Below are positions 23,903-29,033 of a DNA stretch of 29,033 nt, piece after piece (within the stretch, counting starts at the first letter, position 1; each line of letters begins with the position of its first letter). The notes beneath the pieces are model-generated. The model worked only from the letters and a program-made list of their open reading frames with translations, was not told where the DNA came from and did no database searches. Made by a program: the position numbers and the translations under genes. Source of the DNA: a virus (lineage: Duplodnaviria > Caudoviricetes). The stretch covers positions 1 to 29,033 of the IMG/VR virus record IMGVR_UViG_3300046103_001535. The stretch is one strand, 5' to 3'.

Positions 23903-25548
23903 GATCCTGCCAGCGGTCCTAGAGCTTCATCGGTGGCCGATATGCCAGCCTTGCCCATAGCGTCGGCAGCTTCTGACAACATCTGCATCTGCTGCTGTCT
24001 TTGAGCGGCTTCAGCCTCAGCAGCAACTATCTGTTCTACTTCCTCATCGCTGCGGATAACCTTAGGTGGCGTGCCTTTCGCTTTCGCAAACTCATCGATC
24101 GATTGAACCGCATCAAACTTGTGCCGTGACTCTGGCCAGACCTGAGCGATGTTCATTGCATAGGCTGCGGTGCTTTCAATGTTGGCTGTGCCGACTGCCT
24201 TCTGTGCTTGGGCTAGTACGCTGATGTACTCGACACGCAGGTTGATGCCAGAAAGCTCAGGAGGTGGTGGAGGGATGATCCCTGCCCGGTTTGCCATAGC
24301 AAAAGTACGATCTATCGCGGGGTCAAGGGCTTCATTGTTTAAGCGTTCGAGTACGCTGCCAAGCATCAGCAGCTTCTCTTCTTTGCGTTCGGCGATCTCG
24401 GTTGCGGTGATCTGCGCACGATCCATCTCGGTAATCATCATAAATAGATCGGCGTAGAAGTGCCTGTTTATTCTGTTTTCTTTCTCTTGGATGTCAGCAG
24501 TAAGCTCAGCAATCCGAGGGTTCACATCATATACGGATGCCAAGCCGGGCTTTCCTGATGCCGCCATTCCAGGGATGTAGCTTATTCCGCCAGCAATTAG
24601 GTCTGCACCTTGTGCTTGAAGGATGCTGTCGCCGACCAGAGGAGGGTTGTGCATCTTTTCAATTGCAATCTGTTTGTCCAGCTCCTCAATCTGCAGCGAC
24701 TGGTTGGTGCCTATGCTGTTGATGCCGGGGTAGGCGCTGGCGTATACGTCCTCGCCTGAAACCTCCCAGCGGGGGGCTATGAACGGAAGTTCTTGAAAGC
24801 CGGATTCCATAAGCACGGCATCGTGTCTACCGCCTTCTTCGATGTAGACAGACTTGAACTTCATGTCCTTGGCTAACGGAGATCCATACTTGGCTGTATC
24901 GCTGGGTTCAATCGCATGGATTACTGGGACACGCTCATCGTAATTGCCTTTGTCCCACAGGTTGTTAACGGCCTGTGAGCAGTTCTCTTTGCCGAATCGA
25001 CCCACCATCTGCCGCACAGTCATCTCATACTGGCGATACATGGTGTCTACTTCACGCTCACCATTCACCGCCAGGTAGTAACTTCCGACTGTGTAAGGCA
25101 CGCATCGTATGACGCTATCGAAGTCTTCATAGATACCAACAGGCATCTGCCCAAACACGCCGAGCTCTTGATACATCGTGTGCATTGAGTTGTAGAAGTT
25201 TGAGCGGGCGAAGATCAGCAGCAGCAGCTTCTCTGTCTTGCCAAGCCATTCCTTAACTGGTCCGAACTCTGCAAGATCAGGGTCTGGCGTGGTGAGGTTG
25301 AACCAAGGTCTTGCCGGCGAGGTGATGCCAGCTTGCATGCCGCTTGATTGCGTGTTGCTGGCTATCTTGGCTGTTTCGTTATAAAGGTTTTCGTTACGCC
25401 GGGGCTTGAGCACTTCCTGTCGCATGAACCGACCCCTGGAGCCAAGAACATAATCGCTCATGTCCTCCCAGGTGGTCATATATGGCGACCGCTCAATCTG
25501 TAGAGCAGCCAGCCGCTTCGTTATTTGATCGCGACATTCTTTTGACAT
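23899..25548 (-). CDS. Portal / head-to-tail connector protein
   Basis: G.TSPARPWF.L, SNFY, DT.YR, PRW....DVY...PG, TATEI.ER.EEKL.MLG.VLERL..E.L.P.IDR.F and PPPPPEL.G..L.VEYIS.LAQAQK. Confidence 0.95.
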   Translation of the reverse strand: MSKECRDQITKRLAALQIERSPYMTTWEDMSDYVLGSRGRFMRQEVLKPRRNENLYNETAKIASNTQSSGMQAGITSPARPWFNLTTPDPDLAEFGPVKEWLGKTEKLLLLIFARSNFYNSMHTMYQELGVFGQMPVGIYEDFDSVIRCVPYTVGSYYLAVNGEREVDTMYRQYEMTVRQMVGRFGKENCSQAVNNLWDKGNYDERVPVIHAIEPSDTAKYGSPLAKDMKFKSVYIEEGGRHDAVLMESGFQELPFIAPRWEVSGEDVYASAYPGINSIGTNQSLQIEELDKQIAIEKMHNPPLVGDSILQAQGADLIAGGISYIPGMAASGKPGLASVYDVNPRIAELTADIQEKENRINRHFYADLFMMITEMDRAQITATEIAERKEEKLLMLGSVLERLNNEALDPAIDRTFAMANRAGIIPPPPPELSGINLRVEYISVLAQAQKAVGTANIESTAAYAMNIAQVWPESRHKFDAVQSIDEFAKAKGTPPKVIRSDEEVEQIVAAEAEAAQRQQQMQMLSEAADAMGKAGISATDEALGPLAGS

Positions 25549-25749
25549 TTAGCCGCCCAGAACAGTTTTGCCAGTATTGGCCATTCCTGCTGCACCTTGG
25601 GTGCCAGTCAGAATTGTGCCTCGATCGCCGTATCCAGCTAGCTGTCGGCGGCGTTCATCGCCACGCTTGCGCTTGCCTGATACTGCTTCATAATCCGGTG
25701 CCTCTGGTGGAGGTGGAGGGGGCGGCGGAACATCGGGGGAACTACACAT
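25549..25749 (-). CDS. Small virion protein upstream of portal (T7 gp6.7/7.3-position)
   Basis: MCSSPDVPPPPPPPPEAP...GTILTG.QG...GKTVLGG. The real start is probably ATG 25749 (or 25755), just after the terminase stop, rather than the track's 25851. Confidence 0.75.
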   Translation of the reverse strand: MCSSPDVPPPPPPPPEAPDYEAVSGKRKRGDERRRQLAGYGDRGTILTGTQGAAGMANTGKTVLGG

Positions 25750-25756
25750 AAGCATT

Positions 25757-27250
25757 CTACCTTTGTCGTTTAAGTCTATCTTTGATCGGGTTGTAGTCCT
25801 TGGCCTTGTGTGCTTTGACCTGCGCCGCTTGTCGTTGGGACTTTGTAGCAACAGGCATCGCAGTAGTCAATGCCAGACAATCCAGTATGTTCGGGCTTCG
25901 ACCTATGATCGCTTTCGTGTCTGCTTTGGGCGGTAGTTTGTACTTGCCGTCTAGCATCGGTAAAAGCTCACAGCCAACCATCTCGTCATACAAGTCCTGC
26001 TCGTCAGGTATGGCCATGCCATCTTTCAAGAGGTCTCGGACGTTAATATACATCTCAGAACGCTTGTTGAAACAGTCTTCTCTACTACTTTTGCCAGAAA
26101 ACCAGATTAGATTCCAGCTTCGACCTAGTGTTCGCCCGGCAGAAACGATGCCTGTGCCATACCCGCCATCGATATTTACGCAGTCAATCTCATGCTCATC
26201 CTCATACCTAGCAATCAAATTGGCTATCTCAATGTCATTGTCATTCTTAGGCAGTCGCTTGAGTATCTCGAACTTCAGACCCTGGCGCATCCCAATTACG
26301 AGCTCGTCATCGCCCTCCCATGCCGGATCACAGGCAAGTATCTTGGGTGCAAAGCTGTACTGCTCATCGCGCAGAGTCTTGCCGAAGGCTGCGTCAACGT
26401 CCTCGGTCTTAAACAGCGCCCGCGCTGACATAGACGGGAACTGCCCCCTGACACGGATCTTGAAGAAATCGGAGTCTTCGCCGTACTGCTCCGCCCATCG
26501 TTCAAACAGCTTTTTGTTAGTGCCTTCAACATCCCGGCTGTCTATCTGTTTGGTGTACCACCACTTCTTGAAACGCCTGAAGCAATCGCGGAAGCGGCCT
26601 GTGTTGCGTGTTGGGTTGCCGAAGACTATCCAGATGATCTGTGTGCCCTCATCTGTCAGCGCCCCTTCGGTAACTTCCCATATCTTGTCATCGATCGCCG
26701 AGCCTTCGTCCATTACAACCAAGATGCGCTTGCCGGCGTTGTGCAAACCAGCGAACGCCTCAGGATTGCTATGCGACCAGGGGATGAAGTCGGCTCGCCA
26801 AGACTTCTCGCTCTCCTTTCGCTTCCGAAAGATACTTGTGGCCGTGTACTCAAATAAATCTGATGTGATTGAAAGCCTATGCCACTTGGTCACTTCCGGG
26901 ACAGTCTTGGTTCGTAGCTGGCTTTCGGTGTTAGCTGTGACGTTACATCTGCAGTCAATCATCGTGTCCAGCGCCCAGCTGCTAATCATGCCGATGCCGG
27001 CAGACTTGCCGATACCGTGACCAGAAGCTACAGCTATAAGGCACGGCTCGTATCGAGTTTCCGGGTTAGCTAGGTGGTCTCGAATGGTGCGCATGACATC
27101 AATCTGCCAATGGCGCAGCTGCTTGTCTTTGAGGTCGCCGTCGCCCCACGGGAAAGCCCATAACGAATAGCCTAGCGGGTCATTCTTAAACTTAGCAAGG
27201 TTGCTGACAATGTTGTCGATCATCACATCGTTAGACAGTGGCTGGCTCAT
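25757..27250 (-). CDS. terL: Terminase large subunit
   Basis: Walker A VASGHGIGKS, Walker B VVMDEG, motif III FGNPTR.TG.F, and RNase H-like nuclease acidic residues (ACDPAW.GDD, NIDGG, SPN..D.LALT). Confidence 0.95.
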   Translation of the reverse strand: MSQPLSNDVMIDNIVSNLAKFKNDPLGYSLWAFPWGDGDLKDKQLRHWQIDVMRTIRDHLANPETRYEPCLIAVASGHGIGKSAGIGMISSWALDTMIDCRCNVTANTESQLRTKTVPEVTKWHRLSITSDLFEYTATSIFRKRKESEKSWRADFIPWSHSNPEAFAGLHNAGKRILVVMDEGSAIDDKIWEVTEGALTDEGTQIIWIVFGNPTRNTGRFRDCFRRFKKWWYTKQIDSRDVEGTNKKLFERWAEQYGEDSDFFKIRVRGQFPSMSARALFKTEDVDAAFGKTLRDEQYSFAPKILACDPAWEGDDELVIGMRQGLKFEILKRLPKNDNDIEIANLIARYEDEHEIDCVNIDGGYGTGIVSAGRTLGRSWNLIWFSGKSSREDCFNKRSEMYINVRDLLKDGMAIPDEQDLYDEMVGCELLPMLDGKYKLPPKADTKAIIGRSPNILDCLALTTAMPVATKSQRQAAQVKAHKAKDYNPIKDRLKRQR

Positions 27251-27576
27251 AAGGCTTCGAGGCTTTTTGTTATGTTGGTGACCTCTTCGTATTCGCCGTC
27301 TTCATACTCAACTACACGGGTCTCTGCTTCAATCATTCTCTGGTGCAGCTTGTCTGATACCGTAACTTCAGCATGAACCTCTCTTGGTAGTATTCGACCC
27401 AACAGCGTACAGAACACAGCCGGGTTCTCTTGGCCAACCCTCACGAGATACTCCACACCGCCAAGCTCATCGAAAGCCTTGACGATAGTTTCCTTCATGT
27501 CGGTGGTCATGTGGTTGACAGTTCCCTTCTTCCTGCCTGACCCTTTTGGTCTTGGTCCGCCCTTCTTAGCAGCCAT
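27247..27576 (-). CDS. terS: Probable terminase small subunit
   Basis: Basic N-terminus GSGRKKGT.N..T..K..I..A...GG..YL...P..F..LLG.ILP; ATGA-coupled to terL. Confidence 0.72.
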   Translation of the reverse strand: MAAKKGGPRPKGSGRKKGTVNHMTTDMKETIVKAFDELGGVEYLVRVGQENPAVFCTLLGRILPREVHAEVTVSDKLHQRMIEAETRVVEYEDGEYEEVTNITKSLEAL

Positions 27577-27582
27577 TGGACT

Positions 27583-27885
27583 TCAATCCGTTTTTGATTT
27601 GACAAGGATCACAATATCTCGCCTTGTTTTGGCGAAGTGATACTCTTTGCAGCATGCGACAACGATCTCAAGAAAGTCCTCCAGGGAGATGCGGTTGTCG
27701 AATACACCGATAAGCCGCTCACCTTTTCTGTACTCACGCTCCCTTGTTTTTTCAGGATCGAGGCATTTAAAGACGGCGACTTCACCCTTCTCACGCCAGT
27801 TCTGGGGATGCTGGACAACCAGTTGGTATTGCTGACCGGGGCATTCGTGCAATTTTTCATACGCTTCAATTAGCCTCACGCCCAA
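27583..27885 (-). CDS. Hypothetical protein
   Basis: 100 aa, TTG start with GGGAG RBS just upstream; stop 6 nt before terS. Confidence 0.6.
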   Translation of the reverse strand: MGVRLIEAYEKLHECPGQQYQLVVQHPQNWREKGEVAVFKCLDPEKTREREYRKGERLIGVFDNRISLEDFLEIVVACCKEYHFAKTRRDIVILVKSKTD

Positions 27886-27922
27886 GGCTCCCTGTCGTTA
27901 TCTTGTTGTACTAAGTGACTAT

Positions 27923-27951
27923 ATTCTAATCACATTGCGTTGCAACCTCAA
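27923..27951 (-). promoter_or_regulatory. Candidate sigma70-type promoter for the late/packaging operon
   Basis: Minus strand TTGAGG-N17-TAGAAT in the only sizeable intergenic region, directly upstream of the structural operon. Confidence 0.5.
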
Positions 27952-27965
27952 TGCAGTAATATTGT

Positions 27966-28015
27966 TCGCCTCGCCTTCCCTTGCCTAACCTAGCTTTACC
28001 CAACCCACCCACACC
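27966..28015. repeat. Degenerate tandem 5-mer array (10 units, NNNCC)
   Basis: tcgcc tcgcc ttccc ttgcc taacc tagct ttacc caacc caccc acacc. Confidence 0.65.
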
Positions 28016-28076
28016 CAGTTCAAACTGGTGAAACCCCATTGCAGACAATGCCTCAGGCGCTGTGGCGTGGCGGTTT

Positions 28077-28361
28077 TCAATCTAATATGTTTTCTAGATC
28101 AACCTTATCAGTTACATCCCTGTAAATTCGCTTATTCAGTATCTTTGATGCCGATGGTGTTGATATGCCATGCTTCATTGCCACCCAGCGTGGGGGCTTA
28201 CCGGCGATCATGTCAATGTAGATATCCCTTGCCCGTATAGCCCCGATGCCCCTGTCCCCAGCACCCTGCGGTATGCTTGGTTTTCTGCGTATAACGTGAA
28301 ACCTCAAAGCCTTTGGGTTAGGCACACAGCCAGCGAACATCCCGAGATGTATTTTGCTCAT
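28077..28361 (-). CDS. Small HTH DNA-binding protein
   Basis: ARDIY...AGKPPRWVAMKHGISTPSASKILNKRIY has a classic HTH pattern (A...GIS..S.S.I); TAATG-coupled to the upstream gene. Confidence 0.6.
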   Translation of the reverse strand: MSKIHLGMFAGCVPNPKALRFHVIRRKPSIPQGAGDRGIGAIRARDIYIDMIAGKPPRWVAMKHGISTPSASKILNKRIYRDVTDKVDLENILD

Positions 28362-28573
28362 TAGCCCGCTGCTCCATAAATGCGCCCGCAGAAATCGCAG
28401 AACCCAATCAACGGCTCACCGTGTATGCACTTCCCTGAACCTTTCTCATGGTCTTCCAGGGCCTTTAGAACAGCGTTAACGGCCTCTTCATCGGCTTCTG
28501 CTTGACGGGTTCCGTGTTCGCCCAGTAACTGGCCAATGTGTTTGACCCGCTCTATCTGTGTTGCTAAGTCCAT
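28361..28573 (-). CDS. Hypothetical protein with C-terminal CxH...CxxC putative zinc motif
   Basis: KCIHGEPLIGFCDFCG; translationally coupled at both ends; GAGGGGG RBS. Confidence 0.65.
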   Translation of the reverse strand: MDLATQIERVKHIGQLLGEHGTRQAEADEEAVNAVLKALEDHEKGSGKCIHGEPLIGFCDFCGRIYGAAG

Positions 28574-28689
28574 TATGCTTTCCCCCTCTTAAAAATCCAC
28601 ATCACAATTAGCGGCATAACCGCAACCCCGGCGGCGATCAATACCGTTATCAGGAATGCCACCTCTTGGTCATTAATTGGACTCATCAT
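28573..28689 (-). CDS. Small single-pass membrane protein, 38 aa (not in ORF track)
   Basis: AGGAGA RBS, then MMSPINDQEVAFLITVLIAAGVAVMPLIVMWIFKRGKA*. About 24 hydrophobic residues followed by KRGK; TAATG overlap with the next gene. Confidence 0.7.
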   Translation of the reverse strand: MMSPINDQEVAFLITVLIAAGVAVMPLIVMWIFKRGKA

Positions 28690-29033
28690 CTGTTTCTCCT
28701 CCGCGAATCATCCACTTAGTATAATTGGCAATGTTGATGTATACCCGACCGTGGTGGCGCTCTATGCCTCCAAACTCATCGAGCCGATTTTTATCGGATT
28801 GATCGATTTCCCAGCGTAACGATTTATCGGTTTTTTCTAAACCCGGATAGCGTTTTACGAACGCCTTCACTGTCATTAAGTTATCAAGTGGGCTGTTGTT
28901 TTCACAGCCGGACTCCGCTGTAAAAGCATCCATAATGCTGTCCACATATCCAGTCAGCGCAGCCAATTGCATCGTTGTGAATGCGGCGTGGTCAAACAGC
29001 TCAAGTCTGGCGTCGTTTAGTATCTCAAATGTT
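28673..29033 (-). CDS. Putative excisionase/AlpA-like winged-helix DNA-binding protein (5' end probably outside window)
   Basis: LMTVKAFVKRYP...SLRW.I...N.L...G.I.R..GRVYINI..Y.KW resembles phage Xis-like small DNA binders. The frame stays open upstream of ATG 28972 to the window edge. Confidence 0.5.
   Translation of the reverse strand, partial: TFEILNDARLELFDHAAFTTMQLAALTGYVDSIMDAFTAESGCENNSPLDNLMTVKAFVKRYPGLEKTDKSLRWEIDQSDKNRLDEFGGIERHHGRVYINIANYTKWMIRGGETDDESN

Noticed and set aside
25700-25728. GGT/GGA/GGC triplet run
   Set aside because: Simply encodes the poly-proline tract of the small virion protein; the same applies to the PPPPP tract in the portal.
25750-25851. N-terminal extension of the pre-portal ORF given in the track
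   Set aside because: Overlaps the terL 3' end. The MC start at 25749 just after the terL stop fits the family pattern better.
25800-27020. 406-aa plus-strand ORF
   Set aside because: Lies entirely antisense to terL in the mirrored codon frame, is Ser-rich with no motifs or RBS context; a shadow ORF.
27609-27869. Alternative 86-aa minus-strand ORF
   Set aside because: Nested out of frame in 27583-27885, which has a clear GGGAG RBS and abuts terS.
1-29033. tRNA, rRNA, integrase/att or lysis genes
   Set aside because: None recognisable. Coding density leaves only short intergenic gaps, so lifestyle and host cannot be determined from this window.

Overview
The window is the packaging and virion-morphogenesis arm of a podovirus-type phage or prophage with BPP-1/epsilon15/T7-like gene order, entirely on the minus strand. 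In transcription order: small hypothetical/HTH genes, small and large terminase, a small MC-start virion protein, portal, a Bbp19-like protein, scaffold, major capsid, cement protein, a terminator, a 53-aa ORF, tail adaptor, tail nozzle, a GNAT-like gp13-type protein, three internal/ejection proteins, a giant 4744-aa ejection-type polyvalent protein and a truncated tail-fibre N-terminus. The giant protein is the standout. Between an apparently conserved N-terminal core and a C-terminal HExxH-containing core it carries about 2,800 aa of cargo: six ADP-ribosyltransferase-like (H-G-S/T) modules (four paralogous), an HhH-GPD glycosylase-like domain, and an intact plus a degenerate RadC/JAB domain. 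Modules are joined by recurring Gln-ending linkers, and two adjacent cassettes are bounded by in-frame DNA direct repeats (35/36 and 14/15 nt). This suggests a recombinationally shuffled, possibly proteolytically processed effector payload injected with the genome. All family assignments come from motif recognition and synteny, not database searches.
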